From positions 18,352,001-18,416,000 of the forward strand of contig OZ024746.1 in assembly GCA_964016885.1 (NCBI GenBank): a stretch of DNA of 64,000 nucleotides, written 5' to 3'. The first letter of the stretch is position 1, and each line of letters opens with the position of its first letter. The position numbers and the translations under genes are program-made. The stretch comes from Eledone cirrhosa. Lineage: Eukaryota. The notes beneath the pieces were generated by a model that was not told the DNA's origin, ran no database searches, and saw only the letters and a program-made list of their open reading frames with translations. Shown here piece by piece: positions 12,971 through 26,796 of this stretch.

Positions 12971-15900
12971 TATTTATTATTGGATTGTTATAACCATTCT
13001 TCTTGTTTCAGTTTTCCCATTGTGTCAATTATAACCTCCACTATTGCTTCTCTATCTTTGTATAGCTGTGCAATATGATCTGAAAAACACATTGTCTATG
13101 GCAATCACTTCAACTGTGTAATACAAATGAATGAGCAAGTTCTTGCCAGTTAATGCATAAACAAAGTAGTTTTTTTTTTTCTTTCTCTTTATGTTAGGTA
13201 TCACTTATCACATCTTTCTGATGACACATTCCTCAGTTCCTGATGACACATTTCTTGCCAGCTGGAACAATCAATCACAACAATATAACAATAACAATGT
13301 CGATGGTGTTGGGGAGGGGGAAGCCTCAACTACCTGAAATGACTAGTCATAGTTCAATTAGAATTCAGAATATTAACAAGAGAATCTTAACGATATACAT
13401 TACAAAACACTCTTTAATCCGTTAATTACACACTGTTAATTAATAAATAATTCTAACAACATATATTACAAACTATTTATATGTTAAGGCGAAGAATTAA
13501 CAAAGTTACTAGAATGTCAGATAGAATGCTTTGCAGTATTAGTTTCTGCCCTCTCGGTTCATATCCTGCCAAGGTCAACTCTGCCGTTTGTCCTTCTGAG
13601 GTCAATAAAAAAAAATAGCAGTCAAGTACTGGGGTCGATTCTTCCTCTATATCTCTTTCTCACTCTCTATCTTTCTCTGAAAGAAATCTGCTGTATTCAG
13701 ATGGGCTCTGCCAGGTTTAGAAATGCCCTAGAAATACTGTATGATAATACAGTGCCCCAACAACGCCCTCATGAATTATGGGACCATGCATGGTGAAAAT
13801 GCTATATAGGTTGGTCATACTGTGCAAAGAATATTCTGCTAAGACAGTTCCAATTGAAAACATACATGCTACAATTACAAAATACATCAGTTTCCTCAGT
13901 GTCCCTAACAAATCATTGGATTATTTACTCAAATGTTAATGTAAATTTAAGGAACTTTTAGTCTATCCAGAGGATATTACCAGAACAAACACAATTTTAC
14001 AAAATAATTCTGTTAAAGATATAAATGGTTTGAAAAATGTCTATGATTAAAATTAAATGAATTTTAAAAATAAAATTCTGTAAGGTATGAAATAGATTGA
14101 AAATGATATAGTGGTGGAAAACAAATTAGGTAGTCAAAATATTACATACAAATAATTACAAACACAGCGAGCATGTTAAAGCTGTTTTCCCTGCTGGAGC
14201 AGAAGTTAGCCTTGTGGGGCTCCATAACAGGTTTTATACTCACCAAAGGGCAGAAGTGTAACTAGGGAAAATAGCACTTATGGCAAGCAGTGAAATTGTG
14301 CCTCTGCCCAAACATAATTTATATAACTGGTTTAATGATCTAGCCACCATAGTGTTTCTCACCCAGGATAATCAAAGACAGATCAATACTTCTGAAGAAG
14401 TTTATTTTTTCACTCCCCGACGATAGCTTATCTGACATTAATAGAAAGTGCTCCTAGTCCATGTGCCATACCGTACTTACGCCTCTGCCTTAAGGTCATT
14501 TTGAACCAATGGTTAATTAGTAAATAGATAATGATAATTTCCTTTTTCTGTATCCTATGGTCATTAATATCCTACCCCCAGATATATATTGATCGATCGA
14601 ATCAATCGACAAATTCCCAGGCTTCATTGGCTTACCAAGTGGGGTAACTTAACAAATGGTTCTTATATAAAATTATGTTGGGAGGTTTAACTATAAATAG
14701 GAACCTTTTATAATAGGTGGTTATGCTTCATAGAACCAGAGTCGTTTTTGGCTGGGTTGGTATCGAAAGTGTTAAAATGACAAAATGGCTGGGTTTGGGT
14801 AATGTTGAACTACTGGGTATCCAAAAATAGCTACTATCAGTCTTATGACCTTCGATCAAGCACATTACTCTAAACCTTCTATCTAGTTAAACAAAAAAAA
14901 AAAAAGAGGCCCCTCTTGCTGGAATGATTTCTACAAATATCTGGATTTACAAGATTCTCCAATTTATAACAGGATAGGGAAGAAGGGGGCACTTTAAAGA
15001 ATGAGAAGAAAAGGTAGATTAACATTTCCCTGTTTTGGTTAGAAAAGAGTAGAAGAGACAAAAACCATATATTTATAAAAATGTACCCAGTACACTCTGT
15101 AAAGTGATTGGGGTCAGGAAGGGCATCCAGCTATAGAAAGCCTGTCAAACAAAGAGTTGGGAGGACTCTTCAGTTGTGTCAAGGATATGACACCCTCCCG
15201 AGTGTTGCTGATCTACATGATAAATACACCCAAGACACATTGTAAAGTGGTTGGTGATAGGAAGGGCATCCAGCTGTAGATAGCTTGCCAAACAAAGGAT
15301 TGGGAGAACCCTTCAGTTGTGTCATAGACATGACAACCTCCCTCTTGTTGGTGATCTACATGATAAAAGCACCCTGTACATGCAATAAAGTGGTTGGTGA
15401 TAGGACGGGCCTAGTTTCTTTGTCTAACCAGTGTTGGAGACCCAACAAAAAAATCTATGGGCGTTGCCTTATTTCTGACTAACCTATAATATTTTCCTAT
15501 TAACTAAAAAACTTGACAACCACCTAAGGAATTCTAAATCCAAAGCCACTGGGCACATATTCACATATCTAATAAAATATAATCTTATTAGATATCCCAA
15601 ACTAGTAACTGATGTATGACCTCTACTTACATAGTGAAGTTAGTGTTAACTTATTTAATGTAGTGAGAATTAAAACAGCTAAATTAGAAGTAATTACGCT
15701 GAGGAAAAAAAACAATATTAGCACAATGACTAATATTATTTTAATTATTCCAACAAGTAAAAGAGTCAACTTCTGTGTTTCTCAGTGACCCATAGACATC
15801 ACTGTACTAGTGGAAGTAGTGAGGAAAAAACAGAATCACTAAGTAGATGTACAGCAGTGTACACAAGTAGGGGTATTTTAGAAAACAAATTACCGAAATT

Positions 15901-16196
15901 ACTCAGGGACGACATCCTCATAAAAAAAAGTAGTGAAGTTATCATGTTTAATGCAATGAGTATTAAAAAGCTAATTGGAAAGAAGTACAGGTATAGCTGT
16001 GTGGTTAAGAAGTTTCTTTTGTATTTTGTAACTAGATTATTCCTGGGTTTGATTTTACAGCAAAATACCTCGGGTATGAGCCTTCTGCCATAGACTTGGG
16101 TTAAGCAATACTTTGTGTCAAAATTTAGTAGACGGAAGCCCATTGTGTGTGTGTATATATATACATACAGATGATAATAATATATATATATATATA

Positions 16197-17345
16197 TCAT
16201 CATCATCATCATCATCATCACCGTTTTACGTCCGTTCTTCCACGCTAGCATGGGTTAGACGGGTTGTCCTGTTGTGGGCAGTGTCTGGTCGGCTGACCAT
16301 GCCTTGCTCATACAGGAACTGATCTGGCTTGATTTCTACAGCTGGATGCCCTTCCTAACACCAACCTCATTTACAGTGAGTGCTGGGTGCTTTTTCGTGG
16401 CGCCTACACGTCCACTTTACAGTGTGGGCTGGGTGCTTTTTTGCCGTGGCACCTCCACGACCACCTTGCGGTGGGGTGGGGGGGGGGGCATATTGTTTAT
16501 ATGCTTCAGCATGTACCCATGGGAGGTCGGGTACCCTGTATTACTGCGTGACGCCAGAAGTCACGGTCGTGTGTCATTGACTTTGAGAGGTGTAGTTGGG
16601 TAAGGTCGGCTTTTATCACCTCATCCCAAGTCATCTTGGGTCTCCCCACTCCGCGGTTTCCATCAACTTCTAGTGCTCTGCACCTTTTTATGCAGCTGTC
16701 ATCCTTCATACGCATCACATGTCCATACCAGCGTAACCGCCTCTCCTGCACGCAGCATTTGATTCCTCTTATGCTCAGTCTCTCTCTCAATTCATTTATG
16801 CTTTGTCGTTCACGTATATTACTGTTACACATCCATCGGAGCATGCAGGCTTCGTTTCTCTCTAATCTACGTAAGTCTTCCACCTTCAGCGCCCAGGTCT
16901 CACTACCATGCAACATCGCTGTTCGGATACACGCATCATACAGTCTGCCTTTCATTCTGAGGGAGAAGCCTTTTGCAGCTAGCAGTGGTAGTAGTTCCCT
17001 AAACTTCTTCCATCCCGTTCTTACCCTAGTTATTGTACTTTCTGAGCACCCACCTCCGTTGCTAATTCGGTCACCTAGGTAGCAGAAGCTGTCTACTGTT
17101 TCTACAGGGCCCTCCCAGAGATTGGTGGTACTTGTTTCCTGTGGCTGTTTGCTTGCTGTTTCAGCACAGCTGCTGCATGTGAATCCTACATTCTTAATTA
17201 AGCTTCCTGAGATCCCGCTACATCTCTTGTGTACCCATTGTTTGCATTTGGGGCAAAGAATGGAGTTCCTACCTACACCTTTCCTACATACTGAGCAAGG
17301 CCATTTCCCTGAGGGGATCTGGGTTCTGTTTTCTCGTCTACTTTT
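16197..17345 (-). mobile_element. 5'-truncated RTE LINE with 3'UTR and (CAT)n tail
   Basis: ORF 16506-16955 (HGSETW..RRLRWYGHVMR) plus upstream Cys-rich domain; near-identical to 33053 and 39853 copies. Confidence 0.9.
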
Positions 17346-18023
17346 TTAATATCCGCTTTCTCTGCTAGCAAGGGTATATATATATATATGCCATTTATGT
17401 TGTATGGTTTACCAATGGGTGGAACTGATCATTCCGGTTAGCACTCTGTTATGCAACTTATCCATCAGTGATGTAGTATTCCATGGCTGGTGCAGGAATG
17501 GAGCTAAATATTTATATAAAAATAACATAAGGCTAGACTGGAAATAACCCAGCCAGAAGAACCAACCCTCAACCTGTTACAAAACCGACCCAGTCCCAAC
17601 GACCAAGAGCAAAGAAGAAGTAAAGTTCATTGAATCAACCTCAATATTTGTTTGGTACTTTATTGAGTCCAGAAGGATGAAAGGTAAAGTTGAATAGAGT
17701 GGTATTTCAACTGAAAATGTTTAGAGCCAGAACAAATACTACAATGAAATTTATCTGACGCTCTACCGATTCTGCTAATAAATCCACCACCTTGATCTTG
17801 CTTAAAATATCAACTATTGTTTCTTTTCAGAGTACACAAACATAACTTCCACTTCCTTTTATACTAACAGTTCTTAATCTTTAGACTTTAGCACAACCTC
17901 TATGATTTCCCTTAACTTCCCCTGCCATTCTAACAAATTCTTCTTCATTACTTCACGTGGTGGTGGAAGGTATTATACAACGTATCTTCAACAACCCTCT
18001 GCGTGTTGACTACAACCAATATC

Positions 18024-18236
18024 CAGGGCCATATTTAGACCTTGGGTGGCCCAGGGCAGTTTATGTTTTGGGCGCCCAGGGTGACCCAGAACAGATCATG
18101 TTTGGGTGGTCAGGAGCAGTTCGGGTTTGTATGTGTGTGGGTGGGGGGGGGGGCTGACTGTTCCTAGAGGGGGCCCTATTTATCATGATGCACCTAGGGC
18201 ATTCGCTTACCCCGCTCCCCGATATATCCGGCCCTG
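18024..18236. mobile_element. hAT-type MITE
   Basis: TIR CAGGGCC/GGCCCTG; 8-bp TSD CCAATATC/CCAATATT. Confidence 0.8.
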
Positions 18237-18591
18237 CCAATATTCTCCAAGTAGGTGGTTCGTCAGGGATACGTGGCAATTGATTTCGAAACAGAGATAA
18301 ATTATATTCCTCTGCCCATTGATATCATGTCAACATCATCCTTCTGATTTCGTTTAGCCCTCCAGGTGAAGCGGCGGTCTTTCAAAGTGTGGGATTAGCA
18401 ACCAAACGTGAAAGCTTTAAGAGGTTCACGTGAACCGGTAAATCTGTCTACTCCCAAGAAGTGCTGTCAGACATCAAAGGTACTATCTCTATCCAGAGCC
18501 CCGCGCACTCCCGGTATTGAAATAACGTATAGCACGCTATGTCCCCAGCATTGGAATGAGGTTCCACACGCACAGTCTCAGTCTCTCTCTA

Positions 18592-18625
<34 letters not shown>

Positions 18626-19703
18626 AAATAAATAACACGCTACGTCACCAGCATCGAAATAACATTTCTTTAAATCGTTTCACTTTCAAAAGAGAGACGG
18701 TGAGTAACGGTACGTCTTGTTTCGAAATAATCTTTCTTTAAATCCCGGATAAAGGCACTTCCAGTATTGAAATAACGTGTTTTTATATCTTTCCATGTTC
18801 TTTGAAAGAATCTTTTTTTTTTTTTAATGATGGATAATGGTACGTCCGGAATCACAAATCACAACTAATTCTTCTTTTCCGAATTTATTTATTTCCAGTC
18901 CAAATTTGAAACTACCTTATTTATTTATAAATGCTGTCTGTCCTTTTTTAGATATGGTGCTAGTATGACAGCAGCCGAAAGTTCAATTATAAATTTCTTT
19001 TCATAGATTTTTAGACAAATATTTTTAAATATTTTTAATATTTATGTATTTCTGTGAAAAGGAAACCTAGAAATAATATTAATCTAAATAATTATGATGC
19101 GATGTGCTCTGCAATTAAATTGTATCGACACATTAGTTCACATGTTTTTAATATCCACCAACTATTTCTACGCTCATTGAAAGAAGAGTTACTCAATACT
19201 AAACTTATTGCGAACCTGTCTTTCTATAATTGCGGTTCGTATTTTCATTTTTATCCCAAATAATCACGATGGAGCTATTTAATCACAGCGTTGTTTTTAT
19301 GTTTCATTAATGATATTGAAAGAAAGAGAGAGTGTGTAAAAGAAAAAAAAAACCAAAACGATGTAAATTTGAAAATTTAAATAGATATGTATAGTGAAAA
19401 AATGCGAGGAATAATAATAACGATCCCTTCCTTATGAAACCAGGAAACAGTTACGGCAAACATTGATTGACAAATAACAACAATAATGGAATCTATCAAA
19501 ACAAACATTTAACGATGGAGTCGATAGAGTACATTATTAAAGTGGAACTCTTATAATAAATCTTCCCAACATTTAGTTTCGTTTTTAAAAAGATTCGCGT
19601 CTTTATCTGTTCGCGTTTCTCTCTGTGTTTATATATTACGTGACAATTGTTATTTCTCTGTGTGTATATATATATATATATATAAATATATATATATATA
19701 TCT

Positions 19704-19767
<64 letters not shown>

Positions 19768-20021
19768 CACACATGTTTATTTATATATAATAAAGTTTCG
19801 TGTCCCGTGTTACTGGAAAGACCTTAGGATCTTTATGGTATCCAAACACACAAAAGTAATGTGGAAGCAATTCAAGAAAGACAAAATAAAGATTATTTTT
19901 TATTAATTCTATAATTAGTTAATAATAAAAAATTATAACGGGGTCTACAAAATACTGCTGCGTTTTCTTTTCCTGGAAGAGGAAGCAACTGACCAGAAAG
20001 TTGAAAAAAGAAAAAGGGAAT

Positions 20022-20085
20022 ATGGAATTTTTGCAAAATTTAGCAAATTCATTAAAAAATGCCCGTACTGTTGAATTACCTTACG
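20022..20085 (+). CDS. HACE1: HACE1 coding exon 1
   Basis: MEFLQNLANSLKNARTVELPY(D), like human [22 protein letters not shown]; donor G|GTAAGT. Confidence 0.9.
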
Positions 20086-21539
20086 GTAAGTTAATTTAGT
20101 AATCTTTTTGTATTTTTCTTTTCGGAATATTGCGATTGAATTTACTATAAGTATTTGTTTATTTTCTTTCATCTTCATATCCTGTTGTCGGTCGAAGGAT
20201 TGGCCATTGCTGTTTTATGTTTTGTTTATATTTTAGTGTGGAATGAGTTTTAAGTTCTTTTCATGGAATAATTTGAGTGGCGAGCTAGGTGTCCTGGGCC
20301 TTTGTAAAAGTCTGAAAAACCATTTTCTGTTATTATCCGATTACATCACACAGCAAATAAGCTAAAAGTCGTAAACATAACTTCCACCACACATAGTAAA
20401 ACCGATATAAATAATCAGAAGTGACCACTCCCATATTTACTCCGTCATCCATTCTACCCATGAACTAACATCAGTTTACCTCCACTAAAGAAGACACGTG
20501 CGTTATATCGTATTTCACTAAACATAAACATAAACAGAAATGTTAAAAAAGATAAACAAATTTACCTTTATGTTGTTGTTTTAATGAAAACAGAGCAAAA
20601 ATAAGTCGCTACTAGTGTAAATAAATATGCTTTATATACAGAGCGGATGAACTCCTCGGAGTCATCACCCCTCCCAACTATGGGGTAAATAATTTCACCA
20701 ACCCGCAATTGGCCAGGCGTGGTGAGTACAGCTACACTCCTTACATGACCAAAACCAAACAGAACGCGGAGATCAATCAAGGAGGGGTTCCTCCAACAGG
20801 AGTGACAGGGCCCTGGATTGGATTGGCTATAGTGTGCATCTTTAGGCCATCCATACTCAAGTAGACCTTCGATTAAAGGCTTTCTGGACATGGCCATTGT
20901 ATCTGTTCCAGTGTATATAACACTATACTATCTAATGTGTACTGTCCTTATAAAAGATGCGATTGAAGAGAGATTTGGCTACTAATTCTACCAGTTCGAG
21001 CGACCGCATAGAAGCTCCCTTTGAGGTGCTATTTTCATAAGCGCCAGATACGAGCAGACGAAGGAGCCCCTACATGATCACTCAACATAGAAGTATCTTC
21101 CTCAAAGGGCGCTCTACTGCCTTAAACAAACAAAGGAGACATTGCTTAATGTAATCATATATATACACCGCTTAAAAAGACGGGATGGTCACGAGTGGAA
21201 TACCTTTGTAGAGTTGAGCTGGTCTAAATAATAACAACGTTGCGGTATTTAATTATCTTCATTGTAATCTTTATTGGATCGATAAAATAAAATACCAATT
21301 AAATGCTGGGTGGAGATGGGGGTGGTATTTCAATCGATCGTCCCACTACCATCAACAAAAAATTTGTGATCTGCCTATATTAGAAACGATTGATTAGTTG
21401 AAATAATTAGACTCTGATTTGGCGAAATAACATTATGCCTTAACGTATATTTCTCCTTAATTTTTTTTTAAGAGGAAAAATAAAGTAAATTGCCGACACT
21501 GTCAACTCTCTCTTTGATCAATCTTATTAATTCTCAAGC

Positions 21540-22110
21540 GGTGCCTTTCACTTTCTATAGTTCTGGGTTGATGTTTTGCCCATGGCCTACTCAGTCTGGA
21601 TGAACTCTGCATCTCTATTATACTCAAAATATATAGGATGTCTGTAGGAAATTTAAATGTTGTGGCAAGTCCCTTGACTCCATCGGTCTTTGTAGATTGT
21701 CTTGTCATTTAAAGACAGTTCGCTTCACTCACCATACTGAACTGAATTTAATTATCAAGTGAGTCTTAGTTAAATTCAGCATCATTTCTATTCTGGAGCC
21801 AGCCAGATTTTCTAGCTCTGATGGGATGAAGACCTGCCCTTTGTCACTGTGTAAGAGGTAGATGTCTCATTTGGAACACCATAGTCAGCAACTCTTTTGC
21901 TCCTTACCACATGTTAGATGCTGCAGCAAAGGTGAGAAGGTCCTTGCATCCATAGCCAAATGGAATAAAATTTTAAAATACTAGGAATTATTGGCAGACA
22001 AGTTTTTGCAGCCTTTCATATTCAAGACGTTTGATGAAACAACATGGCTTTGACAGCTTGGTTATTCTCGCTATCACATCTGGCAGTGCTGTGAGTCTGT
22101 TGGCTTGCCT
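21540..22110 (+). mobile_element. Degenerate CRE-type (RLE endonuclease) non-LTR retrotransposon C-terminal fragment
   Basis: Remnants of H..LN.IIK..L, LEP....DG.RP, GRCLIW.T, K..KY.EL, F.PF.F.T motifs across frameshifts. Confidence 0.55.
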
Positions 22111-22589
22111 CAAAATTTATTAGAATGTAACTTCAGCCCCATTTTGTTTTGTTTTTATTTTTATTACATATAAATAAAAAAAGCATCCAGTCGACACTAA
22201 CGTGGTTGGTGTTAGGAAGGGAATCCAGTCGTAGACACAAAACCAAAATACAGATCTGTATGAGCAAGACATGGTCTCTGGATCTGATTTGTCTCATAAT
22301 GTGACAACCTGTCAAACCCTTGCAAGCATGGAAAAATAGATGTTAAACGATAATGATTATTATATATAAATCATGTTATTTGGGGTTGTACTTGTTTGGC
22401 AGATCTGAGATCATGTGCTAAAACTGCAACAATTACATCATGGAAGAGTTATATTAGTCATTTAACAACACACAAAACCATGTATAGCCACAGCATAAGT
22501 TTGTATAAGTCATTGCAAGTATGAGGGAGGGAAGCAGGAGCATATTGAGAGGGGACTGAAATGTGGATATATCTCTCTCAGCCTCTATA

Positions 22590-22870
22590 CTGCCATCCTC
22601 CCTACACTCATTTCATCTTGCACACAGGGGGAGAAGTTATCTGGTAGTACAGCAAATTGCCAGTCAATTTGATCTCGTGCCATCTTCACCATATTCAACT
22701 CTATGAAGTTAGCCTTCATCAGGACATCCCACGTTTTTTTTAGGTCTTCCCTTTCCACAGGTACCATCAACTTCAAGTGTCCTTCCCTTCTTTATGCAGC
22801 TGTCATCTTCCATACACATCACATCTCCATACCAATGTAATCTTATCACTTGTTCCCTATACATGGTCTT
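22590..22870 (-). mobile_element. RTE LINE 3' fragment
   Basis: RLHWYGDVMCMEDDSCIKK..VDGT.G.GRP. Confidence 0.8.
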
Positions 22871-23169
22871 TGGAGACCTCACCAGATTAGTGCAATTGAT
22901 ATTGTTGATATTCAACTTAAACATTTATAGGTCAATGTTGCAGTAAAAATGGTGGATGAGGAGGGATAGTTCTAGTCCTGCGGAAGAAATGATTAGAACA
23001 AATGTTTAGTGCAAGATCTGGGTTATGGAAGGAGTAATCGTAGGTAGACCCAGACTTTCACCTGCTGAGGCCCTAAGCTATATGGAATTTGAGGGCTTTC
23101 TCTAAAAAAAGAGTGGGTAAAAAATTTTAAATAATCATACATGATTACTATTTTTTATATTAATGTTAA

Positions 23170-24670
23170 TCATCATCATCATCATCATCATACGTCCGCT
23201 TTTCCCTGCTTGCAAGGATTGTATGGGTCCTATTCAGCACAGCATCTCTCCACTTGTCACAGTCCTTCGTCATCTCCTCGGTTAGTTTCAGCGATCTGAG
23301 GTCTGCTCTCACCACCTCTGCCCATGTTTTACCTCTACTACGTCTTCCTTCTACTGGGATTTTTTGGCACTTCTTTACCCAGAGGTCATCCTCCACATGT
23401 CCATACCATCTCAGCCTTCTCTCCTGCACACCACAACTTATCCCTCTTATACCCAGTTTCTTTCTCAACACATCAATGCTTGGTCGTTCACGCACATTGA
23501 CATAGCACATCTAACGGACAATACTTGCTTCATTTCTCTCCAGCCGTCGCTATCCTCTGTAGTTGCTGCCCATGTCTCACTACCATGCAGCATCACGCAT
23601 CTCACACAGGCATCATATAACTGTCCTTTCGTACGCAGGGAGAAACCCTTCTTTGTCAACAAAGGAAGCAGCTCCCTAAACTTCTTCCAACCCGTCCTTA
23701 TTCTAGATACTATGGCCTTGGAACACCCCCCTCCCATGCTAATCTGATCACCTAGGTACCGGAAGCTATCAACCACTTCTATAGAACCCACCTGCATTGG
23801 AAAAATGTGTCTATCACTGCGATTACTCCTGCCAACTTTCCCTGTACATCTACTGCATACGTAGTTTTCCCTACCTGTTAGTTTGCCTGCTATCCCACTA
23901 CATCTCTTGTGTAGCCAAGATTTGCATTGTGTACATTTTATGGAATTTATGCCAGTTTCTTTACTACATATCGAACATGGCCATTTCCCTGATGGAATCG
24001 GAGTATAGTCCTCTCTTCTAACTTATCAACACTTTTGTCTTAGCTATGTTCACTCTCAGTCCTCATGATTCCAACTGCTGTTTCCATAGCCAGAATTTAT
24101 TCTCTAGCTCCTCTACTGATTCTGTTATAAGAACCAGATCATCAGCATAGAGAAGTTCCCATGGGCATCCAGTCTTAAACTCCTCTGTTATGGCTTGGAG
24201 GAATATAATGAACAAGAGTGGGCTGAGGACCGAACCCTGATGAACACAGACTTGTATCTGGAATTCCCCACTAAACGCCATACCTACTCTCACTTTACTG
24301 ACAGCACCCCTGTACATAGCTTGCACTGCCCCCACAAGCCAATTCCTCTACACCTAGTTTCCTTAGGGACCACCAGATGACAGATCGGGGTACCCTATCA
24401 AATGCCTTCTCTAGATCAACAGAAGCTAAGTATAGCGGCTTATTCTTCTCTAAGAACTTTTCTTGTAGTTGCTTCACTAAGAAGAGTGCATCTGTTGTAC
24501 TTTTCCGAGGCACAAAACCAAACTGCATCTCATCTAATTTGACTCTTTCTCTAATCAGTTGCGCTAATATTCTCTCTGCCACTTTCATAACCTTATCCAT
24601 CAGCTTTATGCCCCTATAATTGCTCCTCTCTAGAGCATCCCCTTTACCTTTGTAGCAATTTATGAGAATA
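23170..24670 (-). mobile_element. 5'-truncated RTE LINE (RT to 3' end), nested in a hAT-like MITE
   Basis: QFGFVPRKSTTDA, VDLEKAFDRVP, HQGSVLSPLLF, LLYADDL; (CAT)n tail. Confidence 0.92.
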
Positions 24671-24779
24671 AAGAATAAAGACTAATGATAAAATAAAAAT
24701 CTATTTTTATAAAAATGAGGCCTCCAAGGGTGTGTGGCCCTAAGCTATAACTTACTTAGCTTATAGGTATGTCCAGGTC

Positions 24780-25140
24780 ATAGCTAGTTCAAAGAGAGAA
24801 GAGCTTTGTAATGGTAGTAGAAGTGACAAAGAGAAGAAACTGTTTGTATACAAGCTAGTGAATGTTGCACGAATCAGCTAAATAGCCTGCTTTGGAATTT
24901 AGTTTATATTTTAGTGTGCAGCAATAGTTTTCACCATTCCTTATGTATGAGTAGTACTGCAATGTGGGTCCTATTTGAGCTTTGTAGGAAGTCACCAACT
25001 GACCAGGGCTAACGTGTTTCTTGGTCTCAAAGAGGAATCTAGTCTTTGTGATGTATCTTATAGTGATGTTATCTACATATATAGTGACATCATGACAGAA
25101 GTCATCAGAGTTTGTGAGATCTATGACTTGTATCAACTTT
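24780..25140 (-). mobile_element. Jockey/CR1-group LINE fragment
   Basis: QLVTSYKAQIGPTLQY.S.I motif. Confidence 0.6.
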
Positions 25141-25961
25141 GAAGGTTTTAGTTGTATTGTTCATGACTAGAGAGAATGAGATAGAAACCCATTATTTTCA
25201 TATGTGTAATGATAGTCTCTTTGAAGAACATAAAGATACAATGTTATTTCATTCTTATTGAAGAATGTTCTCATAATCAAAAGGATTTTTCTTTTAACTT
25301 TTGAGGTTGATAAAATAAAGTATCAGTCAAGTATTAGGTCAGTTATATCAACTTTCCCCTCGCCACAGATTGGCAGTGTCGGTAGAAGGTCGGACGCCAT
25401 GCTTTGACGCATAGAGTTATGGTCCTTGCCATTCTGTGTTCAAATTCCGCCGAGGTTAACTTTGCCTTTCATCCCTACGGGGTCGATAAAATAAAGTACC
25501 AGTAATGCACTGAGTAATTCCTGGCCTTGTGCCTAAAGTAGAAACAATTATATAATATTATTCTCTCACTCTCTTGTTTATACCAGTGAACAGTTGCTTC
25601 TTATAGTAGCTATTTACAACTAGATAGGAGGTTAATTGAGCTGGTGAGAGGATGTAGACTATTGCACTTTCACCAAATATGACAACCGTCTGTAAACTTG
25701 TTGAAGTGTGACTCTATTAGCTAGAATACTCAGTAGTCAAAGAAATATATCTGCTTCAACATTTCATATGAATTCACTTTGAATTTAGTGTGTGCTGTTT
25801 AAAAAAGATATTTTATATAAAGCATCAGTAGCTATATGAAGTTAAACTCTGGACTACTGACCACATGGTCAGATGTTCAAACATTACTTTAGTCATTGTA
25901 TCCTTGAACAAAGAAAGCTCATTATTCCACTTTTTTTCAATTTGTCTAACTAACAGAATAT

Positions 25962-26464
25962 CCCATATATACTCGAATATAACCCCTCCCCCTCTCATTT
26001 TATGTCTGAGAAATAGACAAAAATCCAAACCCCATTTATAAGCTGAGGAGACAGGTAATCAACATATTAAGTTTAGATTGGTGCTATTTTGAATTTCTCG
26101 TGAGTGGAGAATATACGTATTTATGAAGTTTTAATATTTTGATATTTATAATGTTTTGAGTATTGTTTAGAGTATAGGTTTTGTTTCACAACTCCATTAT
26201 ATAATGATTTTTTACCAATTTCCAATCGTTTATATGCTCATTCAAAGCATATAAAAAACAATATAAAATATGAATTTCATGTCGAAAGTGAAACTTGTGT
26301 AATATTCACCTCCAAAGTGAAAATATTTTAGCACCTCATTTATGTAGAATTTTGGAATTGGTGAAAATCGGCAAAATATTGGCCTCAAATATATATCAAA
26401 CCCCATTTTATTGACTTTTTTTTTTGTCACATATTTCGAAACTTATATACGAGTATATATGGTA
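25962..26464. mobile_element. Tc1/pogo-type MITE; related copies at about 39040-39275 and 62270-62360
   Basis: TIR-like CCATATATACTCGAATATAA / TTATATACGAGTATATATGG. Confidence 0.7.
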
Positions 26465-26796
26465 GATTTCACTCCTATTTCACTGTTCACTGGTTAGCTG
26501 TAAAAAAAAGGTGGGGTGTCTAAAACAGACTCGTAAACTCTTTGTTTATTTTACTAGTTGCCAGTCTCCCAACTGGTCTGGCCACAACACGCGACAACTG
26601 ACTAATCTAAGCAAGCATGGAAAAATAGATATTAAATGGTGATGATGATGATGGTTGTCTTTATTGAAATTGAGGATTTCCACTTAATTTTCAAAAATCA
26701 ATATTATTAATCCTTCTCAAAAAAAAACCCCCCAAAAACATTAATTACTTTGTGAAAAGATAATTAATCTCACTCTCTCTCTCTCGCTCATATATA

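Noticed and set aside
14424-14445. TAGCTTATCTGAC resembling miR-21
   Set aside because: Only partial identity and no precursor hairpin
15786-15990. Exon-like open segment with AG/GT boundaries
   Set aside because: No recognisable protein homology or partner exons; could be chance
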